64,000 nt of DNA from Nitrososphaerota archaeon (GTDB lineage: Archaea; Thermoproteota; Nitrososphaeria; Nitrososphaerales; Nitrosopumilaceae). The notes under the pieces were generated by a model. That model made no database searches. It was given only the letters and a program-made list of their open reading frames with translations, and was not told the origin of the DNA. How positions within the stretch are numbered: the first letter of the stretch is position 1; every line of letters begins with the position of its first letter. Positions 9,845-20,018 of the stretch are shown one piece after another. The stretch lies in assembly GCA_028867755.1 (NCBI GenBank), contig JAGWFT010000001.1:708727-772726 (forward strand). The letters run 5' to 3'. The position numbers were made by a program, and so were the translations under genes.

Positions 9845-10942
9845 TTATCGAATCACTGAAGGGATAAAACCGGCTCTTAGTGCATGATCAGCAAGTACTA
9901 CTGATACCAAGGAATCAACTACTGGAGGCGCTCTTGGAACTACGCATGGATCATGCCTGCCTTGAACTATGAGAGAAACTGGTTTTTTTGTCTTGACATC
10001 TACGGTATGCTGTTTTTTTGCAATTGATGAAGCAGGCTTGAAGGCAATTCGAAGTATTAAGGGCATTCCTGTAGATAGTCCTCCCAATATGCCACCAGCG
10101 TTGTTTGTTTTAGTTACAATCCTTCCATTCTTTGTTACAAACTCATCATTGTTTTGTGAACCGTGAAGAGTAGAGCCATAAAAGCCTGAACCAAATTCTA
10201 CTCCCTTGACTGCAGGAATTGAGAATAATGCCTTGCTAAGATCTGATTCTAGTGACCCAAAAATTGGCTCGCCAAGACCAACAGGAAGGTTTGTTGTAAT
10301 GGACTCTACAATTCCTCCAACAGAATCTCCACTCCGCCTTGCTGCAAGTATGACAGATCGCATCTTTTCTGCCATCTTAGGGTCTGGACATCTTACTTCG
10401 TTATCATAAATGGAATTTTTTGTCTTTGGTGCAGCCTGTGCATTCATCTTTACCTTGCCCACTTGACAGGTGTATGAATATGTATCAACTCCAATAGTTT
10501 GTGTAAGTAATTTTTTTGCAATAGCTCCAGCCATAACAAATGTTGCAGTCAGTCTACCAGAAAATCTTCCTCCGCCCCTATAATCATTCCACCCTTTATA
10601 CTTTACATATGCAGGATAATCAGAATGGCCAGGCCTTGGCCTTAATGTCAAGTTTTCATAATCATGAGAACGTTGGTCTTGATTCCAAATGACCATTGCA
10701 ATTGGAGCCCCAGTTGTGTATCCGCGAAATACTCCTGAAAGGATCTCTACTTTGTCCTCTTCTTTTCTTTGAGTAGTTATGATGGATTGACCTGGCTTGC
10801 GCAAGTCAAGCATTTTTTGAATATCTTTTTCCTCAAGTTCTAAACCTGCTGGGCACCCATCCACAACAGCTCCTATGCACCTGCCATGACTCTCACCAAA
10901 ACTGGTAAAGACATAGCGTTGACCAATGGAGCTTGAAGACAT
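9845..10942 (-). CDS. aroC: Chorismate synthase
   Basis: TSFGESHG, RPGHSD, GGGRFSGR, GRHDPC. Start at ATG 10942; the track's upstream extension is unlikely. Confidence 0.96.
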   Translation of the reverse strand: MSSSSIGQRYVFTSFGESHGRCIGAVVDGCPAGLELEEKDIQKMLDLRKPGQSIITTQRKEEDKVEILSGVFRGYTTGAPIAMVIWNQDQRSHDYENLTLRPRPGHSDYPAYVKYKGWNDYRGGGRFSGRLTATFVMAGAIAKKLLTQTIGVDTYSYTCQVGKVKMNAQAAPKTKNSIYDNEVRCPDPKMAEKMRSVILAARRSGDSVGGIVESITTNLPVGLGEPIFGSLESDLSKALFSIPAVKGVEFGSGFYGSTLHGSQNNDEFVTKNGRIVTKTNNAGGILGGLSTGMPLILRIAFKPASSIAKKQHTVDVKTKKPVSLIVQGRHDPCVVPRAPPVVDSLVSVVLADHALRAGFIPSVIR

Positions 10943-11056
10943 GATGAAATTTTCATTTGCATGCTTATAATCCTTATAGGAATCAGGCCAAGTTTTGGCA
11001 AAATCCTGACCTGTGCAATCCAAAATTAGATAATTAACATCCAAGTTAATTGTACT

Positions 11057-11845
11057 GTGCAAATACGTGGTGCGCAAGAAAGCGACAAGGATACTGTATT
11101 AGGATTCTGCAAGGACACATTCTCATGGGGTGACTATATTGTAGACGTCTGGGACAAGTGGAAGTCAAAGGGCGGCTTGTATGTATTAGAAGAAGACGAT
11201 CTTGTTGTGGGGGTATATCATGTGACCAGTCTTGAAAAGGAAGCATGGATTGAGGGAATGCGAGTACACCCAAAACATCGCAAAAAAGGACTTGGTACTA
11301 GCATGTTAACTCACGCAGAATCTGTCATACAAAATAAAGTGATTCGATTGATAATTGAAAGCGAAAACTATCCGTCAATAAGACTTGTTAAATCTGTGGG
11401 ATATGATATCGAAGAAAAATGGAGACTGTATACTATGGTTCCACAAAGACAAGAATCTAGTGCAGAAATTGTAACGTCGCCATCTCAATTAGATCATATC
11501 ATAACTTCATCAACATATGCAGATTCTTGGAAATGGCTACCATTGGATAAAGAAGAAACCGATCATCTCATGGAACAAAAAAGAATCATAATTTCAACCA
11601 AATCAGAAAAAGTGTTAGCTGCAGGAATATGGAATAGATCAAATGATTTTCCACAAATATTTCAACTTGGATTTGTAAGTGGCACAAAAGATGGCATTCT
11701 GGATATACTAAGATATGTTCAGAACAAGGCACATGATCTAAACTGTGAAAGAATCCAAGTCTTTGTACAGGAAAAAATTTCTCTTGAAGAAGATTTTTTG
11801 GATAAGAAGTCATTATTTTATTTAATGAAAAAGAAACTATACTAG
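11057..11845 (+). CDS. GNAT family N-acetyltransferase
   Basis: WIEGMRVHPKHRKKGLG acetyl-CoA motif. Confidence 0.85.
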   Translation: MQIRGAQESDKDTVLGFCKDTFSWGDYIVDVWDKWKSKGGLYVLEEDDLVVGVYHVTSLEKEAWIEGMRVHPKHRKKGLGTSMLTHAESVIQNKVIRLIIESENYPSIRLVKSVGYDIEEKWRLYTMVPQRQESSAEIVTSPSQLDHIITSSTYADSWKWLPLDKEETDHLMEQKRIIISTKSEKVLAAGIWNRSNDFPQIFQLGFVSGTKDGILDILRYVQNKAHDLNCERIQVFVQEKISLEEDFLDKKSLFYLMKKKLY

Positions 11846-11880
11846 AAAAATCTATAATGCTTGTACTGAAGATACTACTT

Positions 11881-12288
11881 GTGAATTACTGGCTTGTGAA
11901 ACAAGAACCAACTACATATAATTATGATACACTAGAAAAAGAAAAGAAGACTGTCTGGGATGGGGTTCACAACAACTTGGCATTAAAACACATTCGTGAA
12001 ATGAAAAAGGGAGACAAGGCATTTTTTTATCATACTGGCGATGAAAGACAGGCCGTAGGAATAATAGAGATTACAAGCAATCCGTACCCAAACCCAAAAG
12101 AAGACAATGAGAGATTTGTTGTAATGAATGTAAAACCTGTCTCAAGACTGAAAAAACCTGTAACACTTGAGGAAATAAAAAAAGATTCCAAGTTTAAAAA
12201 CTGGGAATTGCTAAAAATATCACGGCTCTCTGTGATGCCTGTGCCAAAACAACTCTGGGATGGAATTATTAAAAAATCAAACAAATGA
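11881..12288 (+). CDS. EVE domain protein
   Basis: NYWLVKQEP, WDGVHN..A...MKKGD..FFYH, SRLSVMPV. GTG start at 11881 preferred. Confidence 0.9.
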   Translation: MNYWLVKQEPTTYNYDTLEKEKKTVWDGVHNNLALKHIREMKKGDKAFFYHTGDERQAVGIIEITSNPYPNPKEDNERFVVMNVKPVSRLKKPVTLEEIKKDSKFKNWELLKISRLSVMPVPKQLWDGIIKKSNK

Positions 12289-13551
12289 TTATGTTGAAAT
12301 CTTGGCTCCCATTTTGTTCATCTCCTTGATGAAATCAGGATAGGAAACATCTACTGACTCGGGATCTGTTACAGTACAATTTCCCACAAACATTCCAGCA
12401 ATGCAAAATGCCATGAATAGTCTGTGGTCATCTGCAGAGTCAAGCTCAGCTCCGTTAGGAGACTTGGGTGCCTCAAGAATCAACCCGTCGTCTTTTTCCG
12501 TAACACCCACTCCAATCTTTGACAATTCTTTTGCTACAATGGAAATCCTGTCAGTCTCTTTGAATCTTGCATGTTTAACATTGTAAATCTCAATTGGACT
12601 TGATGTTCGAAGTGCTAAGATAGCTATAGGGGGGAGCAGGTCTGGAGTATTTGAGAGGTCGAATCTACCACCTGTCATCTTGGACGGTGTCTTGACTCTT
12701 ACAGTGTCTCCTATTGATACCTCAACACCCATTTTTTTCAGATGCGATATCATCTCTTTATCTCCCTGTGGCAGATCTCCTACTGGTGCAGCAATTGTCA
12801 TATCATCTCCAACTAGTACTGCTGCAGAAAGAAGAAGCGCCATGCTAGAAAAATCCGCAGGAACTGTAAAATCTGTTGGCTTGTACTCTTGGTTTGGTAT
12901 GTTATATTTTTTGTAAGGAGATATAGTGTTGACAGTGACACCAAACTTTTTCATGGTTGCAATAGTTGCATCAAGATAAGGCTTGGAGACAAGATCCCCC
13001 TCGATTTCTAGTGTTATACCTTGTTCAGTTTTTGGGGCTGCAATCAAAAGCGCAGAAATGAACTGGCTTGAGACAGCACCAGATATGGAAGTGCTACCAC
13101 CTAGAATCTTTCCCTTTACGGTAATGGGAGGCATTCCATTAGTTGAGGTGCATTTTGCATCAAGTTTTGCAAGAGCATCAAGAAGTGGCTGCATAGGCCT
13201 TTTTCTGAGGCTAGAGTCTCCGGTGAGTGTCATTTTGGAATCTGCTAGAGAAGAAATTGCTGCAGATATCCTAATTGTTGTACCAGAGTTTGATGCATCT
13301 ATCTCCTGTCCTGTGGGTGATACAATGCCAGTACTTTCTATACTGACAGTTGAATCATTAGTTGATATCTTAGAACCAAAGACTTTGCATGCATTTATTG
13401 TAGCAATAGTGTCGCGGGAAAGCAACACGTTTCTTATTGTGCTGCGTCCCTTTGCAAGAGATGCCAAGAAAACTGCACGATGAGTATAACTCTTGTTAGG
13501 AGGACAAGATATGGTGCCAGATAATCTTGATTTTTCAACCTTACACTTCAT
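12289..13551 (-). CDS. aroA: 3-phosphoshikimate 1-carboxyvinyltransferase (EPSP synthase)
   Basis: PPNKSYTHRA, NSGTTIR, SSQFISALL, KETDRI, DDHRLFM. Confidence 0.96.
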   Translation of the reverse strand: MKCKVEKSRLSGTISCPPNKSYTHRAVFLASLAKGRSTIRNVLLSRDTIATINACKVFGSKISTNDSTVSIESTGIVSPTGQEIDASNSGTTIRISAAISSLADSKMTLTGDSSLRKRPMQPLLDALAKLDAKCTSTNGMPPITVKGKILGGSTSISGAVSSQFISALLIAAPKTEQGITLEIEGDLVSKPYLDATIATMKKFGVTVNTISPYKKYNIPNQEYKPTDFTVPADFSSMALLLSAAVLVGDDMTIAAPVGDLPQGDKEMISHLKKMGVEVSIGDTVRVKTPSKMTGGRFDLSNTPDLLPPIAILALRTSSPIEIYNVKHARFKETDRISIVAKELSKIGVGVTEKDDGLILEAPKSPNGAELDSADDHRLFMAFCIAGMFVGNCTVTDPESVDVSYPDFIKEMNKMGAKIST

Positions 13552-14395
13552 GAACTTCAGCCTTTTGGTTAGTAATGGGAGATACTATTGTGGTTCCATC
13601 AAGAGATGAAAATGTTTTCTTTACAAGTGAAATTTTGTCATTTTTTGCAACAGCGGCTATTGCGGGGCCATTTCCTGAAACAGATGCACCCAATGCACCA
13701 TTTTCCATCAATTCAGTCAGGATACTTGGGTCCGAGTCAAGTATGGTAGATGTGGCAAGGCCATTTAGTGTCATTGCATTCCAATAGTCTGATTTGTTTG
13801 CCAAGTCCCAGGCTTGGGCAAATACATTGTGTAATATTTTTAATTTTCTCACGTTCCCTCTTTTGCGAGATTTTGGAATGAATATTATTGCAGATAGATC
13901 CTCTGGGGCCTTTTCTGTTTTTACTATCTTGATATTCGTATTATCAGTCACAGCAAATCCTCCAAAATAGCATCCGCATGCATCATCAAATGCTCCTGTG
14001 ATACTTACCTTTGATTGGACTGAAGCATGTACTCCATCTCTTAGGATTTCGACATCTGTTGCTTTAGGTTTGAAAATCTTTGCACATGCAAGTGAAATTA
14101 CAGAAGATATAGCACTAGAGCTTTTCAGACCATATCCTGATGGTATTTCAGTGTTGACAGATATCGTGAGTTTATTTTTTTCAAGCTCAGACTTTGGAAC
14201 TGACGTTTCTATTACTGATCTTATTAGACGTGCACTAAGGTTTGATTCTCTATTTTCAAAAACTATCCCTCTTCCTGGCTCTGTATTGATTAGGGCATCA
14301 ATTCCAAGCGATATGCCAAGTGTTGCACCCTTACCTGTTGCAATAGCGTTTACTATTGAGATTGCACCGTGCATGCTTGCTCTTACCTGAACCAT
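13541..14395 (-). CDS. aroK: Archaeal shikimate kinase (GHMP family)
   Basis: HGAISIVNAIATG.G, IP.G.GLKSSSA, TGAFDDA, SGNGP. Start at ATG 14395. Confidence 0.92.
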   Translation of the reverse strand: MVQVRASMHGAISIVNAIATGKGATLGISLGIDALINTEPGRGIVFENRESNLSARLIRSVIETSVPKSELEKNKLTISVNTEIPSGYGLKSSSAISSVISLACAKIFKPKATDVEILRDGVHASVQSKVSITGAFDDACGCYFGGFAVTDNTNIKIVKTEKAPEDLSAIIFIPKSRKRGNVRKLKILHNVFAQAWDLANKSDYWNAMTLNGLATSTILDSDPSILTELMENGALGASVSGNGPAIAAVAKNDKISLVKKTFSSLDGTTIVSPITNQKAEVHEV

Positions 14396-14397
14396 AT

Positions 14398-15219
14398 CTA
14401 AAATCTCCCAAGTAGCGTCAATTTCATTGCTTCGTATGGAGCAGGGACGCCAGTCCAAATCTCAAAAGATTTCATTGCTTGAGCTAAAAGCATTTCCCAA
14501 CCATATATGATGACTGCTCTCTTTTCTTTTGATTGTTGAATTAATGGAGTTTCTACAGGCATATACACAATGTCATAAACTATAGAGTCTTTGGTGATAT
14601 TTTTTGTTGAGATGGGACAACCCATTCCCTTGAGACCTACTGAGGTAGCGTTTACGATGAATCTGAAATTTGCTGCGGTGTCACCAGCTTTTACAAGATC
14701 TAAATATTCTGATTCTAAACCAAGGCGCCTTGCAAATCTCACTATTTCCTCTGCTCTCTCTTGGGTCCTGTTTGTAACAGTTATCTTGCGAACTTTTTCT
14801 TTTGCAAACCCTGCAACTATGGCTCTTGCAGCTCCTCCTGCCCCAATTAACAATACATCAGAACCTTTACAATCTATTTTCCTTTTTCGTATAGGATCTA
14901 GAAAACCATCTACATCAGTATTGTATCCCTTTAGATGTCCATCCGTATTGACTACTGTATTTGTTGCCCCGACAGTCTTACACTCCTCATCAGCTTCGTC
15001 AAGCAACCGCATCATGTCAATTTTGTGAGGTATGGTAACATTGAAACCTGCAATACCTATCTTTTTTAGGTCCTTAACGCCGTCATCAAGCTCGCCTTTT
15101 GGAATCCTGTATGCTATGTAAGTACAATCTAATCTAAGAAATGCAAATGCAGGATTGTGTAGCGCAGGCGATAAGGAATGATCAATGGGATCGCCTATAA
15201 CTGCATAAGTTTTTGTCAT
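14398..15219 (-). CDS. aroE: Shikimate dehydrogenase
   Basis: HSLSP.LHN, NVTIPHK, GATNT, NTD..G, GAGGAARA. Confidence 0.96.
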   Translation of the reverse strand: MTKTYAVIGDPIDHSLSPALHNPAFAFLRLDCTYIAYRIPKGELDDGVKDLKKIGIAGFNVTIPHKIDMMRLLDEADEECKTVGATNTVVNTDGHLKGYNTDVDGFLDPIRKRKIDCKGSDVLLIGAGGAARAIVAGFAKEKVRKITVTNRTQERAEEIVRFARRLGLESEYLDLVKAGDTAANFRFIVNATSVGLKGMGCPISTKNITKDSIVYDIVYMPVETPLIQQSKEKRAVIIYGWEMLLAQAMKSFEIWTGVPAPYEAMKLTLLGRF

Positions 15220-15278
15220 TGAAAACTAGTTCCTCTACATCATCATTTAAGGATTAGATGGCTTGGCAGACCAAGTCT

Positions 15279-15566
15279 TCAAACACCGTAGCTGCTTGTT
15301 CTGGAATAGAACTTTTTTAGCTTGGAGCCACATTTTGGACAGCTATTTTGTTGATGGATTGTGGCACATTCAAGGCAGACAAAATTAGATCCACCGCTTT
15401 TAGATGATCTGTATTGGTATATTATGATATAAGATAGCGCAACTATCCATACAAGTATCACCAATGGAATCAGATGGAAGATTCCAAGAACTGCTGTTAC
15501 TGCAATAGCTAGTATGATTACATTTCTTGGAACATTATTTAGAAGCTGACTTGGATTCATCCACAT
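15279..15566 (-). CDS. Small 2-TM protein with C-terminal zinc ribbon
   Basis: Two hydrophobic segments then CLEC...CPKCGS. Confidence 0.7.
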   Translation of the reverse strand: MWMNPSQLLNNVPRNVIILAIAVTAVLGIFHLIPLVILVWIVALSYIIIYQYRSSKSGGSNFVCLECATIHQQNSCPKCGSKLKKFYSRTSSYGV

Positions 15567-15663
15567 TATCTTAGTTTATCTTTTATAATAAGGCTAGCAA
15601 CGAGGCATTCTTGTGAGGTAATGCAGAGATTAGTTAATTAATACAAAATGAATTTCATAATGT

Positions 15664-15885
15664 ATGGAGTCAGACGATTTCAGAGACATAGTAGAGGAAT
15701 GCAATGTGATTCTTGATGAGAGCCTGGATATACTCTCTGATATAGAGTTTGAAGCCAATTCTGAGAAAGAAGACATTGTAAAACCCACAATGACAAGAAA
15801 TGATCTTGTTGACATGGCTCATGATGTTGCAGATTCTGTCAGGATAAAAAAGGCCGAGTCTTCTTTTGCTAGAAGGCATTTCTAA
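15664..15885 (+). CDS. Small acidic hypothetical protein
   Basis: ORF filling the gap between flanking genes. Confidence 0.55.
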   Translation: MESDDFRDIVEECNVILDESLDILSDIEFEANSEKEDIVKPTMTRNDLVDMAHDVADSVRIKKAESSFARRHF

Positions 15886-15912
15886 AAAGCAACTAAATTT
15901 TTTTGTACAGGC

Positions 15913-16587
15913 TTAATTTTGTAATCTAAACACTGATCTCATTTCATCTACGCTGAACTGTCCTGGTGCAATTGGTTTGCCAAGTGACACATAGGTAAAA
16001 AGACTCCCAAGTCTTGTACATAAAATTCTAGACATTCTGCCATAATCGCCCATTGCAAACGCAATCAGGTTTGATCTACGTGGAATTCCTTTGTATAAAT
16101 TGAGAATTCGAAGTGTATCATTGATAGTTCTAGCTGTAGTTACAATCTTGACATTTTTTGAAAGTTTTGCCATTTTTTTTGCCATCATTTTTAAATATTT
16201 TTCACTCGGAGTTTTTGAAAAATCATGCCATGATACCAATAAACTCACTCTTGTTTTTTTGAGATATTGGTGCATGGACTTGTTTTTTCTTAATGTGTTG
16301 TATTCGACATCAAGAAGATACGGGTTAAACTCTGCAATCAGTTTTAGTATGGATATTCTTTCTGTTTCAGTACCAGAAAACTTGCCGCCCTCCGATTTAG
16401 GTCTGAGGGTACATACACATCTTCCTAAATATGGCTTGACTATATTCAGACAATGAGGAATTTGAGTTGGATTCAAAAAATCCAGTCTTAGTTCAGCATA
16501 GTCAGATTTGTTCAGTGCTGTTCTCAGATTAGCCACGAGCTTTGCTACGCTACGTACGCCAATTGATACGCATGTTTTATTGGCCAT
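15913..16587 (-). CDS. aroD: Type I 3-dehydroquinate dehydratase
   Basis: AELRLD, EGG.F, DVE, SWHDF..TP, AFAMG..G..SR, APGQ. Confidence 0.93.
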   Translation of the reverse strand: MANKTCVSIGVRSVAKLVANLRTALNKSDYAELRLDFLNPTQIPHCLNIVKPYLGRCVCTLRPKSEGGKFSGTETERISILKLIAEFNPYLLDVEYNTLRKNKSMHQYLKKTRVSLLVSWHDFSKTPSEKYLKMMAKKMAKLSKNVKIVTTARTINDTLRILNLYKGIPRRSNLIAFAMGDYGRMSRILCTRLGSLFTYVSLGKPIAPGQFSVDEMRSVFRLQN

Positions 16588-16615
16588 TCTTAGTTTTATG
16601 TCGTATTTGGTTTAC

Positions 16616-16918
16616 CTAACCTGATTTGAGTTGGTTTGCTGGCGTGCAAGCTTCCCATTGTTTCAATGAGGCACATTGACCAGGATTGCGTTGTGCGCTA
16701 CCTATTGCTTGTTTCATTGCTGACCATTCTTGTGGTGAGCAAAGATGATCTCCACATATGTATTGTCCACCCAAAAATCTATCTGTCTTGTGAGTGTCTT
16801 GTAGGTACTTGAAGTCTCTTGGTGTCAATGCACTTGCAGATGGTGTTGCCACTGCATAGATGACTATGGCTGACAACATTACTGCGGCCAATCCAAATCG
16901 CTGTTTTTGATTTAGCAT
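16616..16918 (-). CDS. Secreted small Cys-containing hypothetical protein
   Basis: Signal peptide (FGLAAVMLSAIVIYAVATPSASA), CGDHLC motif and a further Cys pair. Start at ATG 16918. Confidence 0.7.
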   Translation of the reverse strand: MLNQKQRFGLAAVMLSAIVIYAVATPSASALTPRDFKYLQDTHKTDRFLGGQYICGDHLCSPQEWSAMKQAIGSAQRNPGQCASLKQWEACTPANQLKSG

Positions 16919-17078
16919 CTGTGAGCTTGTATATCCCACGGGTATATTTACATTAGCATACAATCGTACTTGATTATGAGATCTAAAAATGCCATCTGGG
17001 TTGTTTTTTCTTGACATAGGCATTTCCCGAACAATCTCTAAAGAAACTTTTATGAAACGATCAAAACATGAACGTTAT

Positions 17079-17375
17079 ATGAGCACAGAAAACAGACAGG
17101 ACGCAAAAGATACCGTATTCATTGGGAAAAAGCCTTTGATGGCATATGTGACATCAGCACTCATACAGCTTGCTAATCAGCCAAAAGTATCGATAAAGGC
17201 CAGAGGGCTTAGCATCGGTAGAGCTGTGGACGTGGCACAAATAATTGCTAGAAGGACAGATGGTTCCGGGTATTCTATAGGTGAGATCAAAATTGGATCT
17301 GAGCAGCTCGAGTCAAATGACGGAAGACCAAGAAATGTATCTACTATGGAAATTGAAATAAAGAAAAATGCATAA
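17079..17375 (+). CDS. albA: DNA/RNA-binding protein Alba
   Basis: VFIGKKPLMAYV, IKARG.SI.RAVDVA, NVSTMEI. Confidence 0.95.
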   Translation: MSTENRQDAKDTVFIGKKPLMAYVTSALIQLANQPKVSIKARGLSIGRAVDVAQIIARRTDGSGYSIGEIKIGSEQLESNDGRPRNVSTMEIEIKKNA

Positions 17376-17486
17376 GATTGTCTAAAACATGTCCAACACT
17401 ACATGTTTTAGCTGTTTTTCTTTGATTTCTATTTATGAACAAGACAATTAATTTTCAAATATTAAATATTAAACCACTTTAGGAAG

Positions 17487-18335
17487 GTGGTGTGGAAACC
17501 AAACTCTATCGTAGTTTCTGATTCTAGAGATCTTTCCAAGATTAGAAAGAATACCATATCGCTCACTGTAACATCACCACCATATCATAATGCAATAAAT
17601 TATGATGAACATCAGGACACTCAAAAGTGGTATAGAGGAACAGTAGGGGCATCAATTGAGAGCTGGCTTGAAGAAATGAAACAAGTGTTCTCTCAAGTCT
17701 ATCAAGTAACCAAACCTGGGGGATACTGTTGCATTGTCATAGGAAATGAGATAATAGAAGAAAAAAACAAACTGCCTTTGCCAGCCATGCTGTCAGTTGA
17801 ACTGACAAAAAATGACATTGGGTGGAGGTTCTTTGAGGAGATAGTTTGGAATAAGGTAACCGGGGGCAAAAAGCGATTCCGTGTTACTGTACAGCATCCG
17901 TATCCAACCTATTACTATCCTAATATCATGCACGAGCAGATTATCATACTGCGAAAGGCTCCATTTTACAACGTAAAGGACAAGAAAAGCAGGCTTAGAG
18001 TAGACAACATAATGAAAAAGGAGATTGCAAATTCAGTATGGCATATTGCCCCTGTTCCCCCAAGCTACAGAAAGTTCCATCCGGCCGCTTTTCCAGAGGA
18101 GATTCCATATAGGCTTATCCAGCTTTACAGTAATGTAGGTGATCTGGTCTTGGACCCCTTTACAGGGAGTGGGCAGACTACCAAGATGGCTAGATTTCTC
18201 AAGCGAAAATACATAGGAATCGACAAGTCAGAAAAGTACGTCAAGATTGCAAGAAAAAGAACAATAGAGCCTCCACTACTTCGTAAATTGCAGTTAGTGC
18301 CTAACTGGAAATTCCCAGAATTGCTTGATTTCTAG
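17487..18335 (+). CDS. Site-specific DNA methyltransferase (N4-C/N6-A, beta-class motif order), orphan
   Basis: VTSPPY (motif IV) precedes HPA.FP and LVLDPFTGSGQT (motif I). Confidence 0.9.
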   Translation: MVWKPNSIVVSDSRDLSKIRKNTISLTVTSPPYHNAINYDEHQDTQKWYRGTVGASIESWLEEMKQVFSQVYQVTKPGGYCCIVIGNEIIEEKNKLPLPAMLSVELTKNDIGWRFFEEIVWNKVTGGKKRFRVTVQHPYPTYYYPNIMHEQIIILRKAPFYNVKDKKSRLRVDNIMKKEIANSVWHIAPVPPSYRKFHPAAFPEEIPYRLIQLYSNVGDLVLDPFTGSGQTTKMARFLKRKYIGIDKSEKYVKIARKRTIEPPLLRKLQLVPNWKFPELLDF

Positions 18336-18387
18336 TCGTTTCATCGGTGATAGTAAAGGTTATCTATTAAGTATAGTCATTCAAGCC

Positions 18388-18591
18388 ATGGTAAGTCCAA
18401 ACAGCAAGTCGTATTTTCGAGAGGTAGACAAAAGCCATAGGAAATACACTTCTGCACTAAAGAGAGCCAGATCAAGACAATCTGTGATGAATCTTTATTG
18501 GCATCACAAAAGACAACATGAGGCTCTTTTGAGAAAACATCTCAAAGACGAGATGGTTGAAATAGTTCAAATAAAAAAGAAATTCAAATAA
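18388..18591 (+). CDS. Small basic hypothetical protein
   Basis: ORF with an ATG at 18388 and helical basic composition. Confidence 0.6.
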   Translation: MVSPNSKSYFREVDKSHRKYTSALKRARSRQSVMNLYWHHKRQHEALLRKHLKDEMVEIVQIKKKFK

Positions 18592-18625
18592 CTTTTTCTT
18601 TTTCTTTAATGACAATAAACTTGTT

Positions 18626-18811
18626 TTAATTATTACTAAAAGAATCGCGCCACATCTTTACTACTGATATATCAGAACTGTTTTCATTTATCTTGGAAAT
18701 TTTTGACTTGTTGTCCTTGTGTTGCTGTGTGTTCACATGGTTCTCCATTTCTTTTTCCTCTATCTCTTCTGAGCATATGTTACAGCGTAGATTCAATGTA
18801 TTCAAAGGCAA
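18626..18811 (-). CDS. Small C2H2-like zinc-finger protein
   Basis: CNIC-x10-H-x5-H. Confidence 0.55.
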   Translation of the reverse strand: MPLNTLNLRCNICSEEIEEKEMENHVNTQQHKDNKSKISKINENSSDISVVKMWRDSFSNN

Positions 18812-18962
18812 AAATTCACTATATTAACTTGACAGAATCTAATAATGTTCGATCAGTGAAATATCCAAGCAAGACTGTGCCGTGCGTAAATTGAGTAAGT
18901 TTTTGCCTTTTTCGAGGCTTTAACATAACAACTGTTGTCTTGATAGAATGTTAGAACTAATT

Positions 18963-20018
18963 TTATTTTTCGATAATGTATTCATCATCTACTTCCATGC
19001 CAAAATGTCTTCCAGTTGCTGATTTGGCATGTGCAAGTACAGCGTCTCCTCTTTTGAGATGAGTCACTGATACCAGATGTCCATTTGGGCGTACAAATCT
19101 GATTGTTTCTGCATTTTGGGCAATTATGCCGCCAACTTCATCATCAATTTGAGCTTTTATCATTAACATCGGTCTGCTCTCTATTTTTGAGCGGCCAACA
19201 GTAGCTCTTCTAGCTCTTCCATGTGAATCAGTTACTAGCACCTCTGATCCTGTCTCCAATTCTGAAAGATACTTGGTGGTTCCATCTGGTGATAATGTGT
19301 AACAATGGACAGCTCCAGCATTAACCCTGAAAGGTCTAGGTGATGTAAAAGAAGATCCTACAGATTCGTTGTGAACCAAAAACAAAAAGTTTGATCTACT
19401 TCCTATCAGCATACCTTCTCCTCGACCAAGCATAGATGCAGTGTCCACACAGACACGCTCACCATTTCCAACTTCTTTTATCTCAAGAATCTTTGCAGGC
19501 TTGAGGTCAAAGCTCCTTGTTCCAAGGTAGACTAGTGCTTCCCTTACCTCATTTAGTGAACTTGTCAAGAATATGACTCCATCGACACCTATCTCTAGTA
19601 TGGAGAACATCTTTCTAACCTCTTCAGGTGAATTGGCAATGGCAAATATCTTTGTGTGAATCTTGTGCAGTTTTGCTATGATATTCTCAAGAGGAATTAT
19701 CTTCCAGTCTTTTACTTCAACTACCACAAAATCAAGTCCTTGCTTTGCAAACTGTAATATCTTTTCAATATCTGTATTTGATAACACCTTGAACTTCATT
19801 CCAACCTTTTTTCCTCTAGTGTTTGCTGCCTTGTCTACTATTACATAATCAGCATTTTGTGAGGCGTGAATCGTTGCAAGTTTTGTCTTCAATCCCTTAA
19901 GGGATGAAGGGTCTACATTGACAATCTTGATTCCCTCCTTTTCTATCTCAGTCAAAAATTTGGCAAGTTGGCCCCGCGATACCTTGGGGGATATGATAAG
20001 CTCTCTACTTTTTGCCAA
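18963..20018 (-). CDS. aroB: 3-dehydroquinate synthase II (archaeal)
   Basis: WKIIPLEN, ERVCVDT, RPFRVNAGAVH, QNAETIR, RHFG. Confidence 0.95.
   Translation of the reverse strand: MAKSRELIISPKVSRGQLAKFLTEIEKEGIKIVNVDPSSLKGLKTKLATIHASQNADYVIVDKAANTRGKKVGMKFKVLSNTDIEKILQFAKQGLDFVVVEVKDWKIIPLENIIAKLHKIHTKIFAIANSPEEVRKMFSILEIGVDGVIFLTSSLNEVREALVYLGTRSFDLKPAKILEIKEVGNGERVCVDTASMLGRGEGMLIGSRSNFLFLVHNESVGSSFTSPRPFRVNAGAVHCYTLSPDGTTKYLSELETGSEVLVTDSHGRARRATVGRSKIESRPMLMIKAQIDDEVGGIIAQNAETIRFVRPNGHLVSVTHLKRGDAVLAHAKSATGRHFGMEVDDEYIIEK

Noticed and set aside
10943-11077. N-terminal extension of aroC (likewise aroK, ubiD, alba, aquaporin, wHTH1 and the repeat gene in the ORF track)
   Set aside because: Extensions lack family motifs and overlap neighbours or promoters; downstream starts fit better.
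12983-14390. Long plus-strand ORFs (166 aa, 130 aa) and the many similar antisense ORFs in the track
   Set aside because: They are shadows opposite well-supported genes, with no motifs of their own.
17487-18811. Complete restriction-modification system
   Set aside because: The downstream ORFs are only 61-67 aa and lack nuclease motifs.
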